Shown in pieces: positions 42,665 to 51,658 of a stretch of DNA of 64,000 bases. Numbering within the stretch: position 1 is the first letter of the stretch; each line of letters begins with the position of its first letter. The notes below the pieces were generated by a model. The model did no database searches. It saw nothing but the letters and a program-made list of their open reading frames with translations, and had not been told where the DNA came from. Source of the stretch: Anaeromyxobacteraceae bacterium (lineage in GTDB: Bacteria; Myxococcota; Myxococcia; Myxococcales; Anaeromyxobacteraceae); contig JAULAX010000002.1 in the NCBI GenBank assembly GCA_032654565.1, forward strand, positions 32,001-96,000, written 5' to 3'. The translations under genes and the position numbers were made by a program.

Positions 42665-44059
42665 CTACCGGGTCGGACCCGCGTCGTTGGAGTAGCCGAG
42701 CACGCCCATCTCGGGGATGTCGAGGCCGGCGACCTCCTCCTCCGCGGTGGGGCGCATCTTGGTGATCTTGCCGAGCGCCCAGAAGGCGACGCCACCGAGG
42801 ACCCCGACGTAGACGATGTTGGCGGTGATGCCGACGAGCTGGGCGTAGAGCTGGCCGGCGTTGCCGTAGAAGAGGCCGGCGACCGTCCCCTTCACGCCGT
42901 TGAGGCCGTCGCCGTACTTGCCGTTGGCGAGGAGGCCGAGGGCGACGATGCCCCAGGCGCCGTTGACGCCGTGGACCGCGATGGCGCCGACCGGATCGTC
43001 GATCTTCAGCTTGGTGTCGATGAAGAGCGCCGCCACCACCACCAGGACGCCGGCGACCGCGCCGATGAGGACGGCCGCCCAGGAGTCGACGAAGGCGCAG
43101 GGGGCGGTGATGGCCACCAGGCCGGCCAGCATGCCGTTGGCCAGCCAGGACGGATCCGGCTTGCCGAACTTCAAGGAGACGAATAGGTAGGAGGCGAAGG
43201 CGCCCGCGGCGGAGGCCAGCATGGTGTTGACGATCACCACGGCCAGCTGGCCGTCGGTGCCGGCCAGCGTCGAGCCGGCGTTGAAGCCGAACCAGCCGAA
43301 GGCCAGGATGAAGGTGCCGGTCATCACGTAGGCGACGTTGTGCGGCGGGATGGGGTTGCTGCGGCCGTCGGAGGTGTACTTGCCGATGCGCGGCCCGAGG
43401 ATCTTGGAGCAGACGATCGCCAGCACGCCGCCGGTCATGTGGACCACCGAGCTGCCGGCGAAGTCGACGTGGCCGTGGCCGAGGCCGAAGTTGCTGCCCA
43501 GCGTGGAGAGCCAGCCGCCGCCCCAGACCCAGTTGGCGTAGACCGGGTAGATGATGGTGGAGATGACGAAGGAGAAGAGCACGAAGTGGGTGATCTTCCA
43601 GCGCTCGGCCAGCGCTCCGGTGGGGATGGTGCAGGTGGTGTCCATGAAGACCATCTGGAAGAAGAACATTGCCGCCACCGCCGGGGTGAACATGGCCGGC
43701 GGGAGCATGAAGCCGCTGGTGCCGAAGAGGCCGAGGTCCTTGCCGAAGAGGTTGACTGTGAACTCGGCGCTGGCCTTGAGCATCTCCTCGCCGCCGAAGG
43801 TGGCCATCGGGCCCATGCCGCCCATTTGCAGGCCGAAGCCGACGAAGTAGAAGCCGAGGATGCCGATGGCGTAGACGAAGAAGTTCATGCCCATGGTGTG
43901 GGCCATGTTCTTGGCCCGGGTCAGGCCGGTCTCGACCAGCGCGAAGCCGGCCTGCATGAACATCACCAGGGTTCCGGCCAGGACCGTCCAGACGATGTTG
44001 AGCGCGGTCTGGGTGTCCGCGACGCTCTTCGCGAGTTCGGTGATCGTGGGGTCTGCCAT
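42665..44059 (-). CDS. amt: Ammonium transporter (Amt family)
   Basis: FMQAGF, FFQMVF, DFAGSSVVH, WFGFNAGS, DDPVGAIAVHG (twin His). Confidence 0.95.
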   Translation of the reverse strand: MADPTITELAKSVADTQTALNIVWTVLAGTLVMFMQAGFALVETGLTRAKNMAHTMGMNFFVYAIGILGFYFVGFGLQMGGMGPMATFGGEEMLKASAEFTVNLFGKDLGLFGTSGFMLPPAMFTPAVAAMFFFQMVFMDTTCTIPTGALAERWKITHFVLFSFVISTIIYPVYANWVWGGGWLSTLGSNFGLGHGHVDFAGSSVVHMTGGVLAIVCSKILGPRIGKYTSDGRSNPIPPHNVAYVMTGTFILAFGWFGFNAGSTLAGTDGQLAVVIVNTMLASAAGAFASYLFVSLKFGKPDPSWLANGMLAGLVAITAPCAFVDSWAAVLIGAVAGVLVVVAALFIDTKLKIDDPVGAIAVHGVNGAWGIVALGLLANGKYGDGLNGVKGTVAGLFYGNAGQLYAQLVGITANIVYVGVLGGVAFWALGKITKMRPTAEEEVAGLDIPEMGVLGYSNDAGPTR

Positions 44060-44142
44060 CTCTTCTCCTCTGAAGGGGTGCGTCGTTGATGGTGGCGTCG
44101 AGCGGGGCCGGGCCGCGCGCGAGTCGTTCGGGAGGGACCGGA

Positions 44143-44158
44143 TGCAGCGGGCGTGCCG
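44143..44158 (-). promoter_or_regulatory. Sigma54 (-24/-12) promoter of amt
   Basis: Minus strand CGGCACGCCCGCTGCA: GG-N10-GC. Confidence 0.6.
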
Positions 44159-44303
44159 ACGCCGCGGACACCTGCCGGTGCGTGGTTTCGCCGCCTTGGC
44201 GGCGCGGCTGGGCGGGGCGCGGGCACCGGGTTGCCCGGTTCCCGGGCAGGCGGTGTCGCGGGTGGTGGGGCGGGGCGGGCGGGCCGAACGGCCCCGCCGC
44301 GGA

Positions 44304-45716
44304 TCAGCCGAGCAGCGCCAGCAGGTCCTGCTTGATGGCGGCGCGGGTGGCGTCGTCGGCGGCGGCGCCCAGGGCGCGCTCCAGGGTCTCGGTCGCCTTG
44401 CGGCGGAAGCCCTTCTCCTCGTAGAGCGCCGCCAGGGCCCGCAGCGAGGGCAGGTGGCTGGGGCGCAGCTCGGCCGCCTTCTCGAAGGCGGTCATGGCGC
44501 TGAAGGCCTCGCCGGCGGCCCGCAGGGTCCGGGCCAGCAGCACGTGGGCCTCCGCCGAGTAGGGGTCGGCGGCGATGGCCGCCTCGAAGGCGGCCCGGGC
44601 CTCGGGGAGCCGGCTGGACAGCAGCAGCTCCCGGCCGCGCGCCAGCTCGGCCTGGGCGCCGGCGGTGTCGCCCCGGGAGCGGCTGGCGGTGGCCTCGAGC
44701 ACGGCGTCGATGCGGCGCAGCACGTCGTCGAAGCGGAACGGCTTCTCGATGTAGTCCTCGGCGCCGTAGGTGTCGCGGGCGTCCTGGGCGAAGCGCCAGC
44801 CCCGGTAGATGGCGGTCATCATGATCACCGGCACGTGACGGCAGCGCGGCGACGCCTTCATCCGCTGGCAGGCCTCGAAGCCGTGCACCTTGGGGAGCAT
44901 GGCGTCGAGCAGCACCAGGTCGGGGACCAGGGCCTCGGCCTTGGCGATGGCCTCGGCCCCGTCCTCGGCGGTCTCCACCGCGTAGCCGTGCTTCTCCAGC
45001 GAGCGCCGCAGCAGCAGCCGGATCTCCGGCTCGTCGTCGACCACCAGCACGGTGCGGCGGCCGGCCGGCCGCACCTGGATGGGCACCTCCGGGGGCGCCC
45101 CCTCGAGCGGGGACGGCCCGTCCTCGGCCCCCAGCGGGATGGCGTCCAGCTCGAGGATGATCTCCTCGGAGACCTCCACCTCCTCGTCGCCCCCCGGCAG
45201 CACCGCCGCCAGCAGCGGCGGCAGGCCGGCACCGGCGGCGTGGCCGCGCCAGACCTCCTCGCCCCGCTCGCGGGCGTCGTAGGCCTCGTGGATGGCCTGG
45301 AGGAGGGCGCCGTCGACGGCGATGTACCCGGACACCTCGCGCCCGGTGGCGAAGCGGACCTCGGAGAGGATGCGGTGGTCGTGCGGCGAGACCATGGCCA
45401 GGTGGAGCCGGCCGCCCTCGTCAGAGATGGGCAGGAGCAGGTCCTGCTCGGCCACTCCCCGCGGCACCAGCTCAAGCAGCGCCAGGTCGACGATGCAGCG
45501 AGAGAGGTCCACGCCCGGCCCGCGCTGCTGCTCGGCCAGCACCGCGGCCAGCAGCCCCTCGTCGATCCCCAGCTTGAGCAGCCGGGTGCAGAGCCGCTCG
45601 CCCGCCCCCTTGGCCTCGCGCCAGGCCCGGTCCACCTGGTCCTGGGTGGCGGCGCCGCGCTGCACCAGCAGGATGCCGACGGGGACGGGGACGGGGACCG
45701 GGGTGGAGTCGGGCAT
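44304..45716 (-). CDS. Response regulator with N-terminal GSPII_N/MshEN-like domain, central REC and C-terminal TPRs
   Basis: VGILLVQRG...LHLAMVSP N-domain; VVDDE, LLDAMLP, MTA, IEKP receiver residues; TPR helices. Confidence 0.85.
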   Translation of the reverse strand: MPDSTPVPVPVPVGILLVQRGAATQDQVDRAWREAKGAGERLCTRLLKLGIDEGLLAAVLAEQQRGPGVDLSRCIVDLALLELVPRGVAEQDLLLPISDEGGRLHLAMVSPHDHRILSEVRFATGREVSGYIAVDGALLQAIHEAYDARERGEEVWRGHAAGAGLPPLLAAVLPGGDEEVEVSEEIILELDAIPLGAEDGPSPLEGAPPEVPIQVRPAGRRTVLVVDDEPEIRLLLRRSLEKHGYAVETAEDGAEAIAKAEALVPDLVLLDAMLPKVHGFEACQRMKASPRCRHVPVIMMTAIYRGWRFAQDARDTYGAEDYIEKPFRFDDVLRRIDAVLEATASRSRGDTAGAQAELARGRELLLSSRLPEARAAFEAAIAADPYSAEAHVLLARTLRAAGEAFSAMTAFEKAAELRPSHLPSLRALAALYEEKGFRRKATETLERALGAAADDATRAAIKQDLLALLG

Positions 45717-45721
45717 GGCCG

Positions 45722-46387
45722 CTACCCCACGGTGTCCGCGTAGGTCATGACCAGGTACATCACCGCGTCCCGCTCGCCCCGGTTCCGGTAGACGTGCGGC
45801 ACGTCGGCCTCGAAGACCATGGCGTCGCCGGCCTCGAGCGGCTCGCGGCGGCCCGACACCTCGATCTCCACCTGCCCCTGGGCCACCACCAGGTTCTCGA
45901 TGGTGCCCGGGTTGTGGGCCTCGGCCTTCTCCACCCCGCCCGGGCGCACCGTCAGCTGGTAGAACTCCACCCGGCGCGGCGAGTCGAAGGGGAAGAGGGC
46001 CCGCGAGCTGAAGCTGCCGTCGTGGCTGGTGAGCAGCTTGGCCTGCGAGGCGCGCAGCACGTGGAGCCCGCCCTCGCTGCGGGCGCTGATCAGCCCGGAG
46101 AAGGGGACGCCGAGCGCCGAGGCGATCTTCCAGAGCACGTTGATGGTGGGCGCGCTCTGCCCCAGCTCGATCTGGCCGAGCATGGCGCGCGAGACCCCGG
46201 AGAGCTTGGAGAGCTTCTCCAGCGAGAGGGCGCGCTGGCCGCGGAGCCGGCGCAGGTTGGTCCCCACCACCGGCGTCAGGTCGGTGACGCCGCTCCCGGC
46301 GTCGCGGTGCTCGGGGGCGACCGACTCGGGCACCGCGGCGGCGCGACCGCGCCCCTTCTTGGTGCCGCTCTCGCGGGGGTTCTTCAT
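45722..46387 (-). CDS. XRE-family HTH + cupin transcriptional regulator (SutR/YdcN-like)
   Basis: LSLEKLSKLSGVSRAMLGQIELGQSAPTINVLWKIA HTH; cupin AHNPG...E...FEADVPHVYRN. Confidence 0.9.
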   Translation of the reverse strand: MKNPRESGTKKGRGRAAAVPESVAPEHRDAGSGVTDLTPVVGTNLRRLRGQRALSLEKLSKLSGVSRAMLGQIELGQSAPTINVLWKIASALGVPFSGLISARSEGGLHVLRASQAKLLTSHDGSFSSRALFPFDSPRRVEFYQLTVRPGGVEKAEAHNPGTIENLVVAQGQVEIEVSGRREPLEAGDAMVFEADVPHVYRNRGERDAVMYLVMTYADTVG

Positions 46388-46399
46388 GGGGTGCGACTT

Positions 46400-46425
46400 T
46401 TCCGTTACAACGGACAGCTTGTCAA
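46400..46425 (-). promoter_or_regulatory. Promoter of the XRE gene with palindromic operator in the spacer
   Basis: Minus-strand TTGACA at 46420-46425; TCCGTTACAACGGA palindrome at 46401-46414. Confidence 0.65.
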
Positions 46426-46430
46426 CGCGC

Positions 46431-47456
46431 TTGCCCACCCCCGGCGGTCCCTGGCGGCTGACCCTGGTCACCGATCCGGACGACTGCAACCTCGCCTGCG
46501 ACATGTGCGAGTGCGGCCGGGCCCGCCTGGCGCCGACCGCCGCGGCCCCTCCCCGGCGCATGGCGGCGGCGCTGGCGATCGCCCTGGTGACCGAGCTGGG
46601 GGCCGGGCCGGCCGACGGCCGGCCGCGAGAGGTGATCCCCTCCACCCTGGGTGAGCCGCTGCTCTGGGGCGGCTTCGACGCCCTCCTCGAGGCCTGCGCC
46701 GCCGCCGGGGTCCGGCTCAACCTCACCACCAACGGCACCTGGCCGGGGCGAGGGGGCGCGGGCTGGGGGCTGCGGATCGCCCCGGTGGCCAGCGACGTCA
46801 AGGTCTCCTGGAACGGCGCCACCGCCGCCACCGCCGAGGCCATCATGGCCGGGCTCGACTTCGCGGCGGCCGTCGAGGGGGTGGACGGTTTCGCCTCGGC
46901 GCGCGACCAGGTGGCGGCCCGCACCGGCCACCGCTGCCGGCTCTCCTTCCAGGTGACCGCCCAGTCCGGCAACGTCGACGAGCTGGGACCGCTGGTGACG
47001 CTGGCCGCCTCGCTCGGCGTCGACCGGGTCAAGGTGAACCAGCTCCAGGCGCGGGTCCCGGCCCTCGAGCCCCGAGCCCTCCCCGCCACCGCGGCGGGGC
47101 GGGCCCGCTGGAACCGGGCGGTCGAGGCGATGCGGGCCAGCGCCGCGGCGGCGGCCGCCGCCGGCCGGGCCATCGCCCTCGAGAACGTGGCGCCGCTCCC
47201 CCCCCTCGACGCACCGCCGTCGCAGCCCGGCCCCTGCCCGTTCCTCGGCCGCGAGGCCTGGGTGCTCGACGACGGCCGGTTCGCCCCCTGCCCCCACCCG
47301 GCCGCCTGGCGCGGCGAGCTGGGCAACTTCGGCGCCGTGGGGGCGGGGCCGCTCTCCGCCATCTGGACCGGCCAGCCCCTGGCCCGCCTCCTGGCCGGCC
47401 ACGCCGACCACCCGACCTGCCGCGCCTGCCCGCTGCGGCGCCCCGGCGGCGCCTGA
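46431..47456 (+). CDS. Radical SAM / SPASM-twitch domain protein (start uncertain, TTG 46419 or 46431)
   Basis: CNLACDMC (CxxxCxxC), GEPLL, TTNG, C-terminal CPF...PC...CRAC. Confidence 0.85.
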   Translation: MPTPGGPWRLTLVTDPDDCNLACDMCECGRARLAPTAAAPPRRMAAALAIALVTELGAGPADGRPREVIPSTLGEPLLWGGFDALLEACAAAGVRLNLTTNGTWPGRGGAGWGLRIAPVASDVKVSWNGATAATAEAIMAGLDFAAAVEGVDGFASARDQVAARTGHRCRLSFQVTAQSGNVDELGPLVTLAASLGVDRVKVNQLQARVPALEPRALPATAAGRARWNRAVEAMRASAAAAAAAGRAIALENVAPLPPLDAPPSQPGPCPFLGREAWVLDDGRFAPCPHPAAWRGELGNFGAVGAGPLSAIWTGQPLARLLAGHADHPTCRACPLRRPGGA

Positions 47457-47550
47457 GCCCGCAGGCCAGGCGAGGGGCGCCGTGAGCCCGCGGACGGACG
47501 GGCCCGGCCGTCGAATTCACTTCGGACCTGAACCGGGGCAGGATCCGCGG

Positions 47551-48033
47551 ATGGTCCCCCCCCGCGCGCCGTCACCGCCGGACCCCGTCATCCCGCCGGA
47601 CCGGCTCGACCGCCGCGGCTTCGACGCCGCGCTGGTGGCGCTGCTGGAGGCCCACGCCGAGAGCACCGAGAACCCCGGCTCGGTCCGCTGCGAGGGGTGC
47701 CGGGCCTGCGTCTCCTGCATGTTCTGCAGGGACTGCGAGGCCTGCCACCGCTGCACCCACTGCACCGGCTGCCGGACCTCCTCGCACCTCACCCACTGCC
47801 ACGACTGCAACGGCTGCCACGACAGCGCCTACTGCGAGCGCTCGGAGAACTGCGCCGGCGCCTCCTACCTGGTGCTCTGCCGCGACTGCTCCGACTGCAC
47901 CTACTGCTTCGGCTGCGTCGGGCTGGCCAAGAAGGACTTCCACATCCTCAACCGCCCCTACACCCGCAGCGAGTACTTCCGGATCATGGAGAAGCTGCGC
48001 GGCGTGCTCGGGCTCGGCTCGGGGCGCCGCTGA
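47551..48033 (+). CDS. Cys-rich (Cxx)n repeat protein
   Basis: 20 Cys mostly at 3-residue spacing; C-terminal CFGCVGL...FHILNRPYTRSEY. Confidence 0.8.
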   Translation: MVPPRAPSPPDPVIPPDRLDRRGFDAALVALLEAHAESTENPGSVRCEGCRACVSCMFCRDCEACHRCTHCTGCRTSSHLTHCHDCNGCHDSAYCERSENCAGASYLVLCRDCSDCTYCFGCVGLAKKDFHILNRPYTRSEYFRIMEKLRGVLGLGSGRR

Positions 48034-48947
48034 CCGGGGCGCTGCTGCTGGGGCTGCTGGCCTCCCTCCCCTCGGTCACGGTGACGCCGGCCCGGGCCCG
48101 CCCCGGCGACGCCGTGGTGGTCACGGTGCTCGAGGCCGCCACCCTGCCCTCCGGCGCGCTGGCCGGCCGGCCGCTCCACTTCTGGCCCGCCGGCCCGGGC
48201 CGTTGGCAGGCGGCGGCGCCGCTCCCCACCGAGACCGCCCCGGGGACGGCCACCGCGGGGGTGCGGGTCGACGACCTGCTCCTCACCCCCGAGCTGGAGA
48301 TCGAGCCGGCCCGGTTCGCCTCCACCAGGCTGGCCGTCCCGCCCCGCTTCCTGGAGCCCCCGGCCGCGGCTCGCCGCCGCATGGCGCTCGACCAGGCGGC
48401 CATCCAGCGGGCCTACGACCAGCCCTTCGGCCCGCCCCTGCTCACCGCGCCGCTGGCGGTGCCGCTCGACGCCGAGCCCTCGGGCCGCTTCGGCGACACC
48501 CGGGTCTACAACGGAAAGACCCAGGGTGTTCACTACGGGTTGGACCTGCCGGCCCCGGCCGGCACCCCGGTGGGCGCCGGCGGCGACGGCGAGGTGGTGC
48601 TGGCCCGCGACTGCTACATGTCCGGCCAGACGGTGCTGATCTGGCACGGGGCCGGGATCTTCAGCGCCTCCTTCCACCTCTCGCGCATGGACGTGGCGGT
48701 GGGCCAGGCGGTGCGGCGCGGCCAGGTGATCGGCCGGGTCGGCTCCACCGGCCGCTCCACCGGCCCGCACCTGCACTGGGGGGTCAAGGTGGGCGGCCTC
48801 TGGGTGGACCCGGTCTCGGCGGCCCGGCTCGAGCTCTCCGGCGACGAGGGGGGCGCCGCGCCGATCGCCCCACCTCCGCCAGCCGCCGACGGGGCCGCGG
48901 AGCCGCCGGGCCCGCCGGTGGGCGAGCGGCCGCACCCCGGCGGGTGA
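48030..48947 (+). CDS. M23 family metallopeptidase (start uncertain)
   Basis: HYGLD (HxxxD), FHLS, GRSTGPHLHW (HxH); hydrophobic N-terminus. Confidence 0.88.
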   Translation: MTGALLLGLLASLPSVTVTPARARPGDAVVVTVLEAATLPSGALAGRPLHFWPAGPGRWQAAAPLPTETAPGTATAGVRVDDLLLTPELEIEPARFASTRLAVPPRFLEPPAAARRRMALDQAAIQRAYDQPFGPPLLTAPLAVPLDAEPSGRFGDTRVYNGKTQGVHYGLDLPAPAGTPVGAGGDGEVVLARDCYMSGQTVLIWHGAGIFSASFHLSRMDVAVGQAVRRGQVIGRVGSTGRSTGPHLHWGVKVGGLWVDPVSAARLELSGDEGGAAPIAPPPPAADGAAEPPGPPVGERPHPGG

Positions 48948-48983
48948 ACTCGCCGGCCCGCCGCTTCCGGTAGACTCCCGGTC

Positions 48984-49256
48984 ATGACCCTGCTCACCGC
49001 CCTGCTGCGGAGCGCCTATCTCGCCTTCCTGGTCGGCTACACGCTGGCGGTCTCGCCGCTGGGGCTGCTCTGGGGCGGGACTGCGGAGGGCCCGCCCCAC
49101 CCGGTGCCGGTGGCGGTGGTGCAGCGGCTCTTCGTCGCCGCCTGGCTGGCCATCGGCTGGATCGCCCTGGAGGCGGCGGTGGCCTGGCTGCGGGTCTGGC
49201 TCGAGGCCCGGGACCGCCGCCGGAGCGTCCCCGTCCCGCCCCCGCCGGCCACATGA
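48984..49256 (+). CDS. Small membrane protein
   Basis: Two hydrophobic segments; ATGA overlap with the next gene. Confidence 0.55.
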   Translation: MTLLTALLRSAYLAFLVGYTLAVSPLGLLWGGTAEGPPHPVPVAVVQRLFVAAWLAIGWIALEAAVAWLRVWLEARDRRRSVPVPPPPAT

Positions 49257-50995
49257 TCCTCGGCTCCCTGCTGCGGAGGCTGGGTGGCCTGCTGCGCCGG
49301 AGGCCGGCGACGCTCTGGCACGACACCCGCTACCGGCTCCCGCTCGGCGGGCTGGAGTCGTCCGCCGGCATCGAGCCGCGCCGCGCCGACTACGCCGCCT
49401 GGTGGCTGACCAGCAGCGGGGTGATCTCGGCGCGGCGGGTCCGCAGCCCCAAGCGCATCGCCGTCCACCGGCTCTCCCGGGTCCACACCCCGGAGCTGCT
49501 GGAGTCGCTGAGCCGCCCCGAGGGGCTGGCCGCCGTCTTCGGCGCCGACCCGGCCGACCTGCGCGTCGACGAGCTGATGGACACCATCCGGCTGGCCTGC
49601 GGGGGGACGCTGGGGGCCACCCGCGAGACGCTGCGCACCGGCGAGCCGGCCATCAACCTGCTGGGCGGCTTCCACCACGCCGGGCCCGGCGTGGCCGGCG
49701 GCTTCTGCCCGGTCAACGACGTGGCGGTGGCCATCGCCGTCATGCGCGACCGCGGCTTCACCGGGTGGGTGCTGGTCCTCGACCTCGACGCCCACCCGCC
49801 CGACGGCCTGGCCGCCTGCCTCAAGGACGACCCGCGGGCCTCCATCGGCTCGCTCTCCGGCTCGGACTGGGGGCCGCTCCCCGGCGTCGACGAGACGGTG
49901 CTGCCGGAGGGGTGCGGTGACGAGCCCTACCTGGCGGCGCTGCGGCAGCTGCTCCACCGCACCCGGCGACCCGACCTGGCCTACGTCATCGCCGGCGGCG
50001 ACGTGCTGGCCGGCGACAAGATGGGGCGGCTCGGCCTGACGCTGGAGGGGGCGCGCCGGCGCGACCTGCTGGTGGCCGACTGGCTCGACGGCCTCCCCCA
50101 GGTCTGGCTCCCCGGCGGCGGGTACTCCAGCCGGTCCTGGCGGGTGCTGGCCGGCACCGGCATGGCGGTGGCCACCCGCTCGCTGCGCCCCATCCCCGAC
50201 GACTACCAGCCGCTGCTGGCCCGCTTCAGCAGCCTCTCCGCCGGCCTGAGCCAGGCCGAGCTCGGCGACGCCGGCGACCTCACCCTCGACGACGTAGAGG
50301 AGTCGCTCGGCCTGCGCCCCACCCGGCAGCGGCTGCTGCTCGGCTTCTACACGGCGCAGGGGATGGAGGTGGCGCTCCACCGCTACGGGGTCTTCAAGCA
50401 CCTGGCGCGGCTCGGCTACCGCGACCTGCACGTCAGCTTCGACCGCGAGGGGGCCGGCGAGCGGGTCCGGCTGCACGGCACCGCCGACGACCTGCCCGGG
50501 CCGCAGCTGCTCATCGAGCTGATCCTGGAGAAGCGGCGCTGCCTGGGGGTCCCGGTCCTCTACGTCCACTGGTTCTCGCTGCGCCACCCGCGCGCCCGCT
50601 TCAGCGACAAGCGCCCGCGGCTGCCCGGGCAGGAGGTGCCGGGGCTCGGCCTGGCGCAGGAGGCGGGCACCATGATGGCGCGGATGGCCATCCGGCTCGG
50701 GCTGGGGGGGGTGGTCTTCCGCCCCTCCAACTTCCACGTCGCCTACACCTCGCGCAAGGGCTTCGCCTTCGTCCAGCCGGAGCGGCAGGGGCGCTTCGAG
50801 GCGCTGATCCGCGACCTGGCCAGCACCCCGCTGGCCGAGGCCACCCGGCTGGTCGCCGAAGGAAAGGTCCTGCTCGACGGCGCGCCCTACCAGTGGGAGG
50901 CCGACGAGATGGTCTACTGGCTGCGCGAGTCCCCGGCCGACGCTGGCGAGGTGGAGCGGGTCAAGGCGCACACCTCCTTCACCGTGGCTCGCTGA
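49253..50995 (+). CDS. Histone deacetylase (AcuC/HDAC) family protein with additional C-terminal domain
   Basis: GGFHHA, GFCPVND, DLDAH, GGD, GGGY motifs; ~250 extra C-terminal residues. Confidence 0.85.
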   Translation: MILGSLLRRLGGLLRRRPATLWHDTRYRLPLGGLESSAGIEPRRADYAAWWLTSSGVISARRVRSPKRIAVHRLSRVHTPELLESLSRPEGLAAVFGADPADLRVDELMDTIRLACGGTLGATRETLRTGEPAINLLGGFHHAGPGVAGGFCPVNDVAVAIAVMRDRGFTGWVLVLDLDAHPPDGLAACLKDDPRASIGSLSGSDWGPLPGVDETVLPEGCGDEPYLAALRQLLHRTRRPDLAYVIAGGDVLAGDKMGRLGLTLEGARRRDLLVADWLDGLPQVWLPGGGYSSRSWRVLAGTGMAVATRSLRPIPDDYQPLLARFSSLSAGLSQAELGDAGDLTLDDVEESLGLRPTRQRLLLGFYTAQGMEVALHRYGVFKHLARLGYRDLHVSFDREGAGERVRLHGTADDLPGPQLLIELILEKRRCLGVPVLYVHWFSLRHPRARFSDKRPRLPGQEVPGLGLAQEAGTMMARMAIRLGLGGVVFRPSNFHVAYTSRKGFAFVQPERQGRFEALIRDLASTPLAEATRLVAEGKVLLDGAPYQWEADEMVYWLRESPADAGEVERVKAHTSFTVAR

Positions 50996-51503
50996 GCAGC
51001 TGCCGGACCTCCTGGTCGAGCCGCCCGGCGTTCCCGGGCTGGTAGCCCTCGTGGACGAAGCGGACCCGCCCGGCCCGGTCCACCACCAGCGTGGTGGGGA
51101 GCTTCTCGATGCGCAGCCGCTCGGCGTGGCGCGCCCCTCCCTTGTCCCAGAGCACCAGGAACGGGAGGGGGGTGGACTCCAGGAAGGCGACCAGCTGCGC
51201 CTGGTCCTCGTCCACCGAGACCGCGGTGACCGTGAGGCCGTCGGCCTGGTGGGCCCGGGCCAGCAGCTCGAGGACCGGGAACTGTTCCTGGCAGGGCTCG
51301 CACCAGGTGGCCCAGAAGTCGACGATGCGGACCCGACCCTGCTGCGCCGCCACCTGGTGCTCAACCCCCCGCAGGTCGGGCGCGACCACGTCCACCGCCT
51401 GGCCGACGGCCGGGGAGCTGCCCAGGTTGGGTCGCCCCGCGGCGCAGCCGGCGGTGGCCAGGGCGATCAGCGCGAGGCGATGGGGGAAATGGCGCAAAAG
51501 CAT
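50979..51503 (-). CDS. TlpA/ResA-family thiol-disulfide oxidoreductase lipoprotein (start may be 51512/51515)
   Basis: DFWATWCEPC, cis-Pro LPTT, lipobox TAGC. Confidence 0.9.
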   Translation of the reverse strand: MLLRHFPHRLALIALATAGCAAGRPNLGSSPAVGQAVDVVAPDLRGVEHQVAAQQGRVRIVDFWATWCEPCQEQFPVLELLARAHQADGLTVTAVSVDEDQAQLVAFLESTPLPFLVLWDKGGARHAERLRIEKLPTTLVVDRAGRVRFVHEGYQPGNAGRLDQEVRQLLSEPR

Positions 51504-51542
51504 TCTCAACATCATGGCTTAAATGGTCCTTTTGTCGATCGA

Positions 51543-51556
51543 CTGATCTGGATCAA
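51543..51556. promoter_or_regulatory. FNR/CRP-family-like box between the TlpA gene and the porin-cytochrome operon
   Basis: CTGAT-CTGG-ATCAA, 9/10 match to TTGAT-N4-ATCAA in an AT-richer spacer. Confidence 0.55.
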
Positions 51557-51658
51557 GCCCACTTCGCCATTCACTGTGCCATGGTCCGCAGGGTCGCTTC
51601 CGCCGGGCCCCTCCGGCGTGGCGAGCCCTGCGCGCTCCAACGACAGGTCGAGGTCCCG

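Noticed and set aside
47551..48033. c-type cytochrome (CEACH, CNGCH)
   Set aside because: CxxCH matches are by-products of the (Cxx)n repeat and there is no export signal
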